Assembly (NCBI GenBank): GCA_963719465.1
Contig: OY970386.1
Span: 1,590,582 to 1,654,581, forward strand
DNA from: an uncultured Chloroflexia bacterium
Lineage (GTDB): Bacteria > Chloroflexota > Dehalococcoidia > DSTF01 > JALHUB01
Length of the DNA stretch: 64,000 bases
Direction of reading: 5' to 3'
Shown here: in pieces, positions 1-12,107 of the stretch
How the letters are laid out: every line of letters starts with the position of its first letter
Numbering within the stretch: position 1 is the stretch's first letter
Translations under genes and position numbers: made by a program
The notes under the pieces: generated by a model
What the model was told of the DNA's origin: nothing
Seen by the model: only the letters and a program-made list of their open reading frames with translations
Database searches by the model: none

Positions 1-1
1 G

Positions 2-397
2 GCGCGTGTCCTGAAGCCGGGGGGTCGGCTGGTGGTGAGCGTGCCGGACGCGCTGCCAGAGATCATCGCTTACCATGTCTACGAGCTGTATCGCGTCAGT
101 CCGGGCGGGCATCGGCGCATCTATTCTCGCGGTCGCGTTGTTCAGGCGGTCGAGGCGGCGGGACTACGGCCCCGGGCGAGGCGGCTGCGCAATTCCGTGG
201 AAGCGGTCTACTGGACGTTGCTCTTCCTCCTGGACGCGTGCCCCTATATGCGCGGCTGGTCGGTCGAGGCGCTGAATCGCTGGCGGGACCGGTCAAACGG
301 GGAGCCGTATTCGCTGCTATATCACGCGCTCGACGAGGCGGGGAATCGCGTCTATCCGAAGAGCGTGGTCGTGTACGCGGAGAAGCCGCCGGGGTAA
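2..397 (+). CDS. Class I SAM-dependent methyltransferase, C-terminal part (truncated by window edge)
   Basis: Frame from base 2 reads ARVLKPGGRLVVSVP, the typical LKPGG motif of class I methyltransferases; stop at 395-397. Confidence 0.7.
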   Translation, partial: ARVLKPGGRLVVSVPDALPEIIAYHVYELYRVSPGGHRRIYSRGRVVQAVEAAGLRPRARRLRNSVEAVYWTLLFLLDACPYMRGWSVEALNRWRDRSNGEPYSLLYHALDEAGNRVYPKSVVVYAEKPPG

Positions 398-421
398 ACG
401 CCAGCGCCGGGAGCTGCCAGG

Positions 422-558
422 GGCGTGGGTTCGGCGCCCGCGGTGGTTGTCGCTGGATGCGTTGGGTTGGATTCGGCGCCCGCCGAAGGCGGGCGCAACC
501 CCGAGCGCGGGATCGCACTTCTCGGTGACAATCTCGAAGCGGACATGGCGCGTCAACG
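422..558 (+). repeat. Dispersed intergenic repeat, copy A
   Basis: GCGTGGGTTCGGCGC, hairpin CGCCCGCCGAAGGCGGGCG, then CAACCCCGAGCGCG...CGAAGCGGACATGG; shares these blocks with copies at ~2036, ~9742, ~25557 and ~43345. Confidence 0.55.
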
Positions 559-1179
559 TCAGCCGACGGATGCGAGGGCATCGAGGTCTATCTCGCCGGT
601 GATGATCTTCTGCAGCGTCACGGCGAAAAGCTTGTGCTCCTGCTCCAGCACGCGCGCGGCCAGCAATTCCGGCGTGTCGCCGTCGAGCACGGGCACTTCG
701 CGCTGGGCAACGATCGGACCGCGGTCGTAGTTCTCGTCGACGAGGTGGATCGTGACGCCGCTGACCTTCTCGCCGGCTGCCAGCACCGCCTCGTGGACCT
801 TGATGCCGTAGAGCCCCTTGCCGCCGAATTTCGGCAGCAGAGCGGGATGGATGTTGAGGATTCTGCCTCGGTATCGTCGCAGCGTCTGCGGGCCCAGCAG
901 CCTCATGTAGCCGGCGAGAATGACGAGATCGACGTTGTGCTCTTCGAGCGTCCGGCAAATGGCTGCATCGAGCTGCGCGGCGTCAGGATGGGTCGCGCCG
1001 CTCAGATGATAGGCGGGTACGCCTTCGCGATGCGCGCGCGCCATCGCCCCGGAATCGGAGTTGTTGCTGATGACCACCGCCGGCACAGCGTCGAGACGGC
1101 CCTCTTTGCAGGCGTCGACGATCGCCTGCATGTTGCTGCCGCCGTGGGACGCGAGGAAGCCGAGTCGCGCCTTTTGCAT
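559..1179 (-). CDS. purN: Phosphoribosylglycinamide formyltransferase
   Basis: ASHGGSNMQA, LAGYMRLL, LNIHPALLPKFGG, GVTIHLVDENYDRGPI motifs. Confidence 0.96.
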   Translation of the reverse strand: MQKARLGFLASHGGSNMQAIVDACKEGRLDAVPAVVISNNSDSGAMARAHREGVPAYHLSGATHPDAAQLDAAICRTLEEHNVDLVILAGYMRLLGPQTLRRYRGRILNIHPALLPKFGGKGLYGIKVHEAVLAAGEKVSGVTIHLVDENYDRGPIVAQREVPVLDGDTPELLAARVLEQEHKLFAVTLQKIITGEIDLDALASVG

Positions 1180-1267
1180 GCCTATCCCGTTCGCCTGACG
1201 ATTCGCCGTCGGACGGCTCTGATTATAGCTCAGGCCTTGGGAACAGTCAGGAATGAGCGCCGGAACG

Positions 1268-1906
1268 TCAGGAGTCGTTCTCGCGCACCAGGTAAGCGCA
1301 GACGCTGTTCTCCTGGTTCACGCCCAGCGGCTCGACGTTCGCTTTCAGCAGTCGCCGCAACAGCCGCTGGTCGTGGATGCAGACTTCGCTGTGAATGTCT
1401 GCGATTCGCGGGCAAGGGCAGCCCTGGCCGAGCAGCAGGTAGCCGTCGTCGCTCTTGCGCCATTCGAAGAACATGCCTTCACCGGCGAGGAGCTTCGTCG
1501 TCTCATCCAGGCGGTCCGGCAGCGTCTTGCCGGTGATCTTGCCGGCATACGTTTCGGCCACGCGGTCCGCCATCCTTTCGAAGAGGACTTCCGCAAGGGC
1601 GACGCCGCTTTTGCCTTTCGTATCGTCGCGATCGAGCGAGACGAGTTCTTCGATGATGCGGTTCGTTAGCTGCACGTAGCCGCGGGGAAAGAGGTCGTCG
1701 CCGGCATCGGTCAGAGCGAAGACGTAGCGAGGGCGGCCGATCTCACGTCGCTCCTGGGTCACGGCGACGTAATTGTCGCGCATGAGAATGTCCAGGTGGC
1801 GTCGGACGGTGGCGGCGGCCAGTCCCAGCTCCTGCGTCAGCTCTTCGACCGTGGCGTGCTGGCGACGGCGCAGTATCTCGAGGATGGTCTGGCGTGTGCT
1901 TTCCAT
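1268..1906 (-). CDS. Winged-helix transcriptional regulator, SufR-like, with C-terminal Cys motif
   Basis: N-terminal HTH (TVEELTQELGLAAATVRRHL, GRPRYVF); C-terminal CPC-x10-C...C cysteines as in SufR-type regulators. Confidence 0.8.
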   Translation of the reverse strand: MESTRQTILEILRRRQHATVEELTQELGLAAATVRRHLDILMRDNYVAVTQERREIGRPRYVFALTDAGDDLFPRGYVQLTNRIIEELVSLDRDDTKGKSGVALAEVLFERMADRVAETYAGKITGKTLPDRLDETTKLLAGEGMFFEWRKSDDGYLLLGQGCPCPRIADIHSEVCIHDQRLLRRLLKANVEPLGVNQENSVCAYLVRENDS

Positions 1907-1929
1907 GAAGATGCTCGTCCCTTCAACTC

Positions 1930-1959
1930 AATCTAGCAGCGAAATCGGCGCCTTGTCAA
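1930..1959 (-). promoter_or_regulatory. Sigma70-type promoter for the regulator
   Basis: Minus strand TTGACA-N18-TAGATT with TG extension, 24 bp upstream of the ATG. Confidence 0.5.
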
Positions 1960-2035
1960 GCTAGTCCTGTTTTCGATGCTTTTTGTGATTTTATATCCCG
2001 CGTTGGGTGAGGAAACATGGGAGCTGAGAGTTGGC

Positions 2036-2110
2036 GCGGCGTGGTTCCCGGCGCGAAGCGCCCGCGCTGGCGGGCGCTTCGCGCAACCCGAACGCGGCAA
2101 ACGCAGCCCC
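2036..2110 (+). repeat. Dispersed intergenic repeat, copy B
   Basis: GCGGCGTGGTTCCCG, perfect 15-bp hairpin (2051-2084), then AACCCGAACGCG. Confidence 0.6.
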
Positions 2111-2402
2111 CTTTCGTCCTCTCGAACCCTCGATGGAAGAACCTCGCTTCTGGCACGTAACGTATCGTCGGTTCACAATAGGGACAGCGGCGACGCCACA
2201 GCGCCGCCGAAGGGCTGCGCGCGTTGCTGGGCACCTTGAGCTGTGCTATGATCTTAGCGTCTACCAGGCACGCTTTCCGGACCACTGGCCGGGGCGGGAC
2301 CGATGACACGATCAGCGGTTCCTGGCTCGGCCTTTTGGTGAGCGACAAGCGGCAGATCCCCATGAGAGACCGTCTGGATTAGATCGAACAGGAGGGAAGC
2401 CA

Positions 2403-3353
2403 GTGTTTCGCGAGATGAGCGTCTTCAGCGGCAATGCCCATCCGGAGTTGGCGCGCAACATCTGCCGGCACCTGGAGACGCCTCTTGGCGAATGCGAGGT
2501 ATTCGAGTTCAGCAACGAGAACATATTCGTCCGCATCTGCGAGAACGTGCGCGAACGCAACGTCTTCGTCGTCCAGCCGATAGCGTCGCCGGTCAACACG
2601 CGGCTCATGGAGCTGCTGATCATGATCGACGCCTTCCGGCGCGCCTCCGCGGGGCGCATTACCGCGGTCATCCCCTATTTCGCGTACGGGCGCAGCGATA
2701 AGAAGGATCAGCCGCGCGTGCCCATTACCGCCCGCCTGGTCGCCGACATGATAACGGCCGCCGGTGCCGACCGCGTCCTGACAGTCGACCTGCACGCCTC
2801 GCAAATCCAGGGCTTCTTCCGCATTCCCGTCGATGAACTTACCGCTTTCCCCAGTCTGGGCGACTACTTCAAACAGACCGACCACCATGATCTCGTCGTC
2901 GTCGCGCCCGATCTCGCGCGCGCCAAGGACGCCCGCAACATCGCCGCCAAGCTCAACGTGCCGCTGGCCGTCGTCGAAAAGAGGCGCACCGGCAACAAGC
3001 AGACTGCTGAGGCCCTCCAGTTGATAGGCGATGTGGAAGGACGGGCGGCGCTAGTAATTGACGATGAAATAGATAGAGGCTCTACTCTGGCGGAGGTCGT
3101 CAACCTTCTCCTGAAAAGCGGCGCCACCGGCATCAAGGCGGCGGCGGTTCACGGCGTCTTCTCCGGGCCCGCAATCGAGCGGATGAAGGAAAGCCCGCTG
3201 AAGCAGGTCGTCATCACCGACACGCTCCCGCAGCCGCCGGAGAAACGCCTCGAGAAGATACACTCGCTGACCGTCGCGCCTTTGCTCGGCGAGGCGATCA
3301 AATGCATACATACCGGACAATCAGTCGGCGCCCTCTTCCAGACGGACGCTTGA
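2403..3353 (+). CDS. prs: Ribose-phosphate pyrophosphokinase
   Basis: FSGNAHPELA, IPYFAYGRSDKK, VDLHASQIQGFF, IDDEIDRGST; SD AGGAGG upstream of GTG. Confidence 0.96.
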   Translation: MFREMSVFSGNAHPELARNICRHLETPLGECEVFEFSNENIFVRICENVRERNVFVVQPIASPVNTRLMELLIMIDAFRRASAGRITAVIPYFAYGRSDKKDQPRVPITARLVADMITAAGADRVLTVDLHASQIQGFFRIPVDELTAFPSLGDYFKQTDHHDLVVVAPDLARAKDARNIAAKLNVPLAVVEKRRTGNKQTAEALQLIGDVEGRAALVIDDEIDRGSTLAEVVNLLLKSGATGIKAAAVHGVFSGPAIERMKESPLKQVVITDTLPQPPEKRLEKIHSLTVAPLLGEAIKCIHTGQSVGALFQTDA

Positions 3354-3368
3354 GAAACCAGGATCTAG

Positions 3369-6023
<2,655 letters not shown>

Positions 6024-6025
6024 AA

Positions 6026-6751
6026 ATGGCGGAGGAAAGGCGAATGGAGGGCACGTCGGAGGGCACCCCGGCCTGTGACGAAGCCTTCGCGCACCTGCGG
6101 CAGGCGGTAGCCGGCGGCTCGCACTGGTTCCCGGCGCTACTCGAGGCCGTTGCCCTCTGGCAGGTGCCCGAGGAGACTATCGGCGACAGGCGCTACTCCT
6201 ATCTCATCGACGGGGAAGCGTTCGATTGGTTGCTCCTCGCCGAACGCCTGACCGACTCCCTGGACGGCGCTGTCCCTGACGAAGAGCGCGAGGCGTTGCT
6301 CTTCTTCGGCCAGACGCCGCCTGACTGTGACGCTGCGTCTTTCAAGAACGCCATAGGCGCCGCGAAGCACACCGCCTATCTCAACTATCTCTACGGCGTC
6401 GTTGTCGAAGAGGCGCTGCAGCTTGCCGTCGAGGAGGAGCTGCACAAGGAGCGCTTCGCGCTGTGCGGCACGCGCTGCCGGCCGGCGGACGAGGAGGTCT
6501 GCGAGCGCATCTACGGCAAAGGGCGGATGGAGCTGCTGGCGCGCTTCCGCGACGAGAAAGGGCTTCCCGCCGGGGACCGCATCGCTTTCAGCGATTTGCG
6601 GGCCTTTGCTTACTGGCTCTTCAAGTATCGCCTGCGCAACTGCGACCGCGCCCGCGTCGCGTCCGACACGCGAAAAGCCATGTCGCAGCTCGCCGAGCTG
6701 GAGAACGCCCGCCGGCGCCGCGTCGCTCGCCTGGCGTCCCGCTCATCCTGA
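6026..6751 (+). CDS. Hypothetical protein
   Basis: ATG 2 bp after the secA stop; protein-like composition (YLIDGEAFDWLLLAERL, WLFKYRL); function not recognised. Confidence 0.75.
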   Translation: MAEERRMEGTSEGTPACDEAFAHLRQAVAGGSHWFPALLEAVALWQVPEETIGDRRYSYLIDGEAFDWLLLAERLTDSLDGAVPDEEREALLFFGQTPPDCDAASFKNAIGAAKHTAYLNYLYGVVVEEALQLAVEEELHKERFALCGTRCRPADEEVCERIYGKGRMELLARFRDEKGLPAGDRIAFSDLRAFAYWLFKYRLRNCDRARVASDTRKAMSQLAELENARRRRVARLASRSS

Positions 6752-6897
6752 CCCTTCTTTCAGACTGCCTTCTCCTAAAGACCACCTGGAATGTGTTCTG
6801 AACATTTCTCTGCGCCGACGGCCGCGGAAACCCCTCGAATCGCAGCCGGTGGGCGCCGATAACCAATTGGTCGCCGAAGGGACTGAGCCGATATGAA

Positions 6898-7290
6898 GTG
6901 CCTCGGCGAAAGGTGATGATGATCCGCGAACCTGTGGCCCCCCGACTCCTGCGACGCTTCGGCCGTATGCTGGCGATGGGCTTCGTCGTCATCTACGGCG
7001 TCTTCCTCGTCCAGAGCCTCATCGACGAGCCGTCGGCGGCGTACGTCGGCCTGCTGGCGGCGCTGGCGATCGCGGCCGCGGGCGCCGTGGCGGCGTGGGT
7101 AGACGACTGCGTCGGCGGCGGCCTGCTGTTGCTCTCGGCAGTCGCCATGGCGCTGTCCGGGGCGATCTTCGCGGTAAAGGATGCGACGACGGCGATACTC
7201 TACCTGAGCGTGCCGTTCCTGCTCGCCGGGCTGTCGGTGCTGGTGGCGCGCGGGCTGAGCGCGCGGCGAGAAGAGCAGCCGGGGCGGTAA
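6898..7290 (+). CDS. Small membrane protein (about 4 TM)
   Basis: Four hydrophobic stretches. Confidence 0.6.
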   Translation: MPRRKVMMIREPVAPRLLRRFGRMLAMGFVVIYGVFLVQSLIDEPSAAYVGLLAALAIAAAGAVAAWVDDCVGGGLLLLSAVAMALSGAIFAVKDATTAILYLSVPFLLAGLSVLVARGLSARREEQPGR

Positions 7291-7291
7291 G

Positions 7292-8755
7292 CTACTGCGG
7301 CAGGCGCTCGAATCGCAACCGGTGCGGGCCGATCACGACCTCGTCGCCGTTCTCAAGCGCCGCCCAGGCCACCTGCCGCTCGTTCACGTACGTCGCGAAA
7401 CGCGGCCCCTCCAGATGGTGCAGCATGAAGTGCCCCTCTCGCAGCCAGAGCCGCGCGTGCTCTTCACCGACACGACCATCGGGGTTCGCGAGCGGCAGGA
7501 TGCAGCCGGCCCCGCCGCCGAGGGTAACCGGCTTGCCGCCCAGCGCGACACTCTTGCCCTTGTCCGGTCCGTCGACGACGATGAGTCGGGCAATTGGCGG
7601 CTCGCCTTCTCGGACGCTGAGCGGCGGCGGCGCAAAGGCGCTGGCCGTCGCCGCACCCGACTCCGACACCAGAATTCGCTTCCGCCGCCTGCGCCATGTG
7701 GCGAAGGCGCCCGCCACGAGAAGCACCGCCAGGGCGCTAGCCAGCGCGGCGGCCAGGGCGAGCAGCGCCCGGCTCGGGCGACTGCCGCTCGACGTGGTGG
7801 CTGCGGCCTGGGGCGGTTGTTGCGGCGTCACTGTTGGCACGACGCTCGGCCGGAGGAAGCGCGTCGAGCCGCTTGCCGAAACTCCGGCTGAGTTGACCGT
7901 CACCTCAAGGTCGGTGGTCCCGAGATTCGCTGGCGCGCTGAGATGCAACTGGACCAGGTACTGCGAGCTTAGAACGGTCTCGATCTGGTCGAAGGCCGCG
8001 CTTATGTCGCCCGGCGTGGGAGCCGCGAGGAACTCGCCGCCCGTGCGGCCCGCCAGGACCTGCAGGTACAGAAGGCTGATGTCGTTGCCGAGGCCGATGG
8101 TGAAGAACGGCACGCCCGAATTGATCGCCGCATCCAGCGAGCCCTGCACGTCGGCGGCGCTTTTGTTTCCCGAGTCCGGGCCGTCGGTGAGGAGGATGAC
8201 GGCTCGCCGCGGCAGGGGCGCGGTCCTGGCCCTCTGGGCCGCCCCGACCACCGCGTCGTAGAGGGCTCTCGAGCCGCCGGCCTGAAGCGCGTGCAGCGTG
8301 GCCGCCAGCGACTGCTCGTCGGAAGTCAGGATGCTGGGCATGCCAGCGCTGTCGGCGAAGGGGATGACGATGGCGCCGTCTTTCGGGAGGAGCGCGCCGA
8401 CGAAGTTCGTTGCGGCCTCCTGCGCCGCGGACAGCGGCTCGCCTGCCATCTCGCTGCTTGTATCGATGACCAGCACGACGGCGAGCCCGAGGTCAGACGA
8501 CGCGGCGGCCTGGACTCCGGTGACGCCGGCGGGATTGCCGTCCTCGGTCGCCGAGAAGTCGGCGGCGGTGAGTCCGGCCAGAGGCGCTCCCGTGGCGTCT
8601 CGCACGTCGATGACGGCGGTGACGTCAGGGTAGGCGCTGGTGATGACCTGCGCGATGTTGAGGGTGGCCGGCGCCTGCGCGTGCGCGGGAAGCGCCATCA
8701 GCAGAGTCGAGAGGAGCCCGATCGTTGCCAGTCCCTTCAGCAATGGCTGCTCCAC
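7292..8755 (-). CDS. Signal peptide + VWA domain + TM + cytoplasmic FHA-like domain protein
   Basis: AHA signal peptide; VLVIDTSSEM, ALYDAV, ILLTDG (VWA); TM helix followed by RRRRK; C-terminal FHA-like HARL...TYVN...LENGDEVVIG. Confidence 0.85.
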   Translation of the reverse strand: MEQPLLKGLATIGLLSTLLMALPAHAQAPATLNIAQVITSAYPDVTAVIDVRDATGAPLAGLTAADFSATEDGNPAGVTGVQAAASSDLGLAVVLVIDTSSEMAGEPLSAAQEAATNFVGALLPKDGAIVIPFADSAGMPSILTSDEQSLAATLHALQAGGSRALYDAVVGAAQRARTAPLPRRAVILLTDGPDSGNKSAADVQGSLDAAINSGVPFFTIGLGNDISLLYLQVLAGRTGGEFLAAPTPGDISAAFDQIETVLSSQYLVQLHLSAPANLGTTDLEVTVNSAGVSASGSTRFLRPSVVPTVTPQQPPQAAATTSSGSRPSRALLALAAALASALAVLLVAGAFATWRRRRKRILVSESGAATASAFAPPPLSVREGEPPIARLIVVDGPDKGKSVALGGKPVTLGGGAGCILPLANPDGRVGEEHARLWLREGHFMLHHLEGPRFATYVNERQVAWAALENGDEVVIGPHRLRFERLPQ

Positions 8756-8841
8756 CTGCGGGGAAGGAGTAGGATAGTTTTCCTCAGACTAGGTGAGGCC
8801 CGTTAGTCTGTCAAGGAAGAAGCGGGAGAAAGGCTGGGAAG

Positions 8842-9739
8842 GTGGGAAAACGGCGGGCGATGGTCGCGATTGTCGTTGGGATGGCGGTCGCGGCTGCCTG
8901 CGGCCGCGGCGGCCCCGCCGCCACTCCGACCCCGGTCCCCCCGACTGCGCCGCCGCCCACATCGTCGTCGCCGCCGTCCGCGACGCCCAGCCCCGCGCCG
9001 GTTGTCGCGCCGCTGGAGCCGCGGGGCTTCCCAATCGACCCGACGCTAAGGGCCGGGCTCGTCGTCGGCCAGCCGCCGGACCGGAGCATCGCCTGGGGCG
9101 CCGGCCCGGATGCGCTTGCGTACAGCCGCGATTACCAGAACGTCGGCCGACCCGGAGCGCGCGAACGACTCCGGCTGGGATTGCCGCACGCACGTCGAGT
9201 ACGAGGGGCAGCCGGCGGTCGACTGGTACGTCCCGATGGACACGCCCGTCCACGCGACGATGGACGGGGTCGCGACGCTGAACATCGTCACGGTCACCAG
9301 CGCCTTCGACTACTACGGCGTCAACGGCGAGCCCTACATGGGCAACCCCAATTGCCAGAGCGCGTCGGTCGCGCCGTTTGCCGGCGTCAGCGGCGGCAAG
9401 GGCGTCTTCGTCGAAGTCGAGAACGAGGACTTCGTGACGGACTACGGCCATCTCGACCCGAAGCAGACGATTGCGGCGCTGCCGCCCGCCGCCTTTCTTC
9501 CCGGCTATTCCCCTGATTTCGATTACGCGGCGGCTTTCGCGGCGATCCGTGACTTCCGCGTCTTCACGCCGGTTGCCCGTTGGAGCGTGAAACGCGGCGA
9601 TATCATCGGCTACAGCGGCAGCAGCGGCTACAGCGAGGCGCCCCACCTCCACTATTCGATTCGACGCGCGGGGGAATCGCAGCTATTGTGCCCGACGGCG
9701 GAGTCCGGGTTCGCAGACGGGGGCTGGCTGCTGAAGTAG
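8842..9739 (+). CDS. M23-family peptidase-like lipoprotein (+1 frameshift at ~9140, probable sequence error)
   Basis: Lipobox AAAC and Pro/Thr linker in one frame; YGHL, VKRGDIIGYSGSSGYSEAPHLHY in the next; removing one A at 9139-9140 joins them. Confidence 0.75.
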
Positions 9740-9741
9740 GG

Positions 9742-9860
9742 CCGGTTGGGCTTCGCGGCGCGACGAGCGGAGCGAGTCGCGCAACCCCGAACGCGATCAG
9801 CGTACGTAGCACTGCCGTTACGAAGTCGACATGGATGGATCGACGCAGCATTCCGAGGTT
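9742..9860 (+). repeat. Dispersed intergenic repeat, copy C
   Basis: GGCGCGAC...GTCGCGCAACCCCGAACGCGATCAGCG...GCACTGCCGTTACGAAGTCGACATGGATGGATCGACGCAGCAT, closely matching the 43.4-43.7 kb units. Confidence 0.7.
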
Positions 9861-9888
9861 TGCAAAATCCGTCGCTGAGGCCGAACGG

Positions 9889-11067
9889 CTATCCGTCCTT
9901 GCTGAAGGCGATCGCCAGACGCTCGCCGTCCATCTTCGCCGAGGTCGCCCGTCGGCCCGCCAGCGCCCGCGGCAGCAGCACCTGGCGCTTGTAGCCGCCG
10001 ACCCGGACCGTCAGCTCGCCGCCGCGCTGCGCCAGCGAAATGTCCTCGCGCTCCACAAACGGCATGCCCAGGCTGAGCACGTACTCGCCGTCCTGCGACC
10101 GGACCTCCTGTGCGACGGCGGGGTAATAGATGCGGGTCGGGTCCGCGCCGCCGAAAAGATGGTCCGCCATTTCCCGCAGCCCGTCCATTCCGACCACCTC
10201 GTGCTCCAGAAGCGGCGCCGTCAACACCGGCAGCGGCGAGAAAGCCTCATCAATCTGGCGGCGGTAGCGCGCCTGCGCCTCCTGCCAGCGCTGGAAGTAG
10301 CCGTCGTCAATCTGCTCGGGCAGCAAGCGATTGCAGACGACGGCATCGGTGACGTAGCCGTACAAGTTCAGGTATGTGAAGCTGCGCTGCGCCTCCTTGA
10401 CGACCATCTTTTCCGGATTGACGACCAGCCGCACCGTCGATACGTCGCGGTCCGAGAGGAGGTCGTGCAGCTCCGCCAGGCGGGCCATGAGGTCCTCCGC
10501 CGCGTCGAAGACCTCCTTCTTCGGCACCGGCATGCCCGTCAGGCCGCGCACGACCGGCCCTGCTATCTTCGCGATGCGCCGCTCCACCGGCAGCACCTTG
10601 TCGATCCACCAGCGCGCCGCTTCCGGAAAGCTGAGCAGCGAAAGCGCCTGCCCCGTCGGCGCGCAGTCGACGATGACGGTGTCGAAATCGCCGCTCTGGT
10701 AGTTGCGAGTGATCCAGAAGAGGCTAGCGAGCTCTTCCATGCCCGGCAGCACCGCAACTTCGTCGGCATCTATCTCCCGCATCCCCTGCCAGACCAGCAG
10801 CGCCGTTAGCCACTCTTGGACGATCCCCCAGAAGTGCTTGATATTGAAATAGACGTTGCTTTCCTGCGCCCAGAGGTTCTCGGCGACCTGGGTCGGCTCC
10901 GGACCGAGCGGCGTGTCGAACGAATCGGCGAGGCTATGCGCGGCGTCGGTGCTGAGGACGACGGTGCGATGCCCCAGCTCGGCGGCCCGAACCGCGGTGG
11001 CGGCGGAGACGGTCGTCTTGCCGACGCCTCCCTTACCGGTGTAGAGGATTATCCTGCCCTTGCCCAT
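9889..11067 (-). CDS. ArsA/GET3-family ATPase with C-terminal HSP20-like domain
   Basis: GKGGVGKTT, STDAAHSLAD, LPGMEEL, DCAPTG; beta-rich C-terminal extension. Confidence 0.9.
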   Translation of the reverse strand: MGKGRIILYTGKGGVGKTTVSAATAVRAAELGHRTVVLSTDAAHSLADSFDTPLGPEPTQVAENLWAQESNVYFNIKHFWGIVQEWLTALLVWQGMREIDADEVAVLPGMEELASLFWITRNYQSGDFDTVIVDCAPTGQALSLLSFPEAARWWIDKVLPVERRIAKIAGPVVRGLTGMPVPKKEVFDAAEDLMARLAELHDLLSDRDVSTVRLVVNPEKMVVKEAQRSFTYLNLYGYVTDAVVCNRLLPEQIDDGYFQRWQEAQARYRRQIDEAFSPLPVLTAPLLEHEVVGMDGLREMADHLFGGADPTRIYYPAVAQEVRSQDGEYVLSLGMPFVEREDISLAQRGGELTVRVGGYKRQVLLPRALAGRRATSAKMDGERLAIAFSKDG

Positions 11068-11106
11068 CCCAACAATCCCATGGCCGTTGGCCCAAAGGTG
11101 TCTGGC

Positions 11107-11574
11107 TCAAGACCGTCTGGCGACGTCCTCCAGCGTCATGCCGCGGTAGATCTCTTCCAGCTCGACCTGGCGCTCGCCGGAGACGCGCATGAATATCGCC
11201 TCCGCTTCCGATAGCACGACGCCTTCATCCGAACGTACTTCGGCGCGCACCGTGACCCAGCGGCCGCGGTTCTTTTCGATCAGGCCGACGACGTTCACCG
11301 GTTTGAAGAGCGGCACCGGATCGCGGTAGCGGATGTTGATCTTGCCGGTTACCGCCCAGATGCCGTGGCTCATCGTGACCCAGCCCATCGCTTCGTCGAG
11401 CATGGTCGCCACCAGGCCGCCGTGCATGAAGCCGGGCCAGCCCTGATGCTCCGCCTGCGGCGTGAACGGCGCCGACACCTTGCCGTCCTCCATTGCGAAG
11501 GAAAGGTGCAGGCCAAGAGGATTGTGCTTGCTGCAACCGAAGCAGTAATGGCGTTCGAGCTCTTTTTCTTCCAT
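11107..11574 (-). CDS. PaaI family thioesterase
   Basis: CFGCSKHNPLGL and HQGWPGFMHGGLVATMLDEAMG hotdog-fold motif. Confidence 0.88.
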   Translation of the reverse strand: MEEKELERHYCFGCSKHNPLGLHLSFAMEDGKVSAPFTPQAEHQGWPGFMHGGLVATMLDEAMGWVTMSHGIWAVTGKINIRYRDPVPLFKPVNVVGLIEKNRGRWVTVRAEVRSDEGVVLSEAEAIFMRVSGERQVELEEIYRGMTLEDVARRS

Positions 11575-11587
11575 GCCTTCTTCGCCC

Positions 11588-12052
11588 TCAAGCGGCTTCC
11601 GTCTGCCGGTCTATTGCCGCGAGCGCCTCGCGATGGTCCCGCGGCTCGGACATGCCGCTGCGGGTAACGTAGCGGATGACGCCGTCGCTGTCGATGACGA
11701 CGGTCAAGCGTTCCGCCAGCCCCAGCGCCTCGTTCCAGCAGCCGTAGAGGCGCGCCACCTCGCCCTTCGGGTCGGAGAGGAGCGTGTGTTTGAAGCCCAT
11801 CGCATCTTTCCACGCCTTCAGCGTCCAGTGACTGTCGTGGCTGACGCTGTAGACGCGGGCGCCCTTGGCTTCGAATTCAGAGTAGTCGTCGCGGTAGGCG
11901 CACATCTCGCTCGTGCAGACGGGCGAGAAAGCGGCGGGCAGGAAGACGAGCACCACCGGTCCGCCCCGCTGCTCCGAGAGCCTGGCCGGTTTGTTTTCCT
12001 CATCCCGAAGCTCAAAGTCGGGCGCGGGTTTGCCGATATCTATCTCAGCCAT
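11588..12052 (-). CDS. Peroxiredoxin (AhpE/BCP-like)
   Basis: APDFEL, FLPAAFSPVCTSEMC, LLSD, ERLTVVID. Confidence 0.88.
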   Translation of the reverse strand: MAEIDIGKPAPDFELRDEENKPARLSEQRGGPVVLVFLPAAFSPVCTSEMCAYRDDYSEFEAKGARVYSVSHDSHWTLKAWKDAMGFKHTLLSDPKGEVARLYGCWNEALGLAERLTVVIDSDGVIRYVTRSGMSEPRDHREALAAIDRQTEAA

Positions 12053-12107
12053 TGCATCCTCCTCCTCGCGGATTCCCTTTCCGCGAAAGAAGCTGACCAG
12101 CCGGAGA

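Noticed and set aside
2190-2260. c-di-GMP-II riboswitch (GGGCACCTTG, CACAGC/GCTGTG pairing)
   Set aside because: The downstream AGTGCAACCG pseudoknot partner is absent, and the segment overlaps a likely -10 element.
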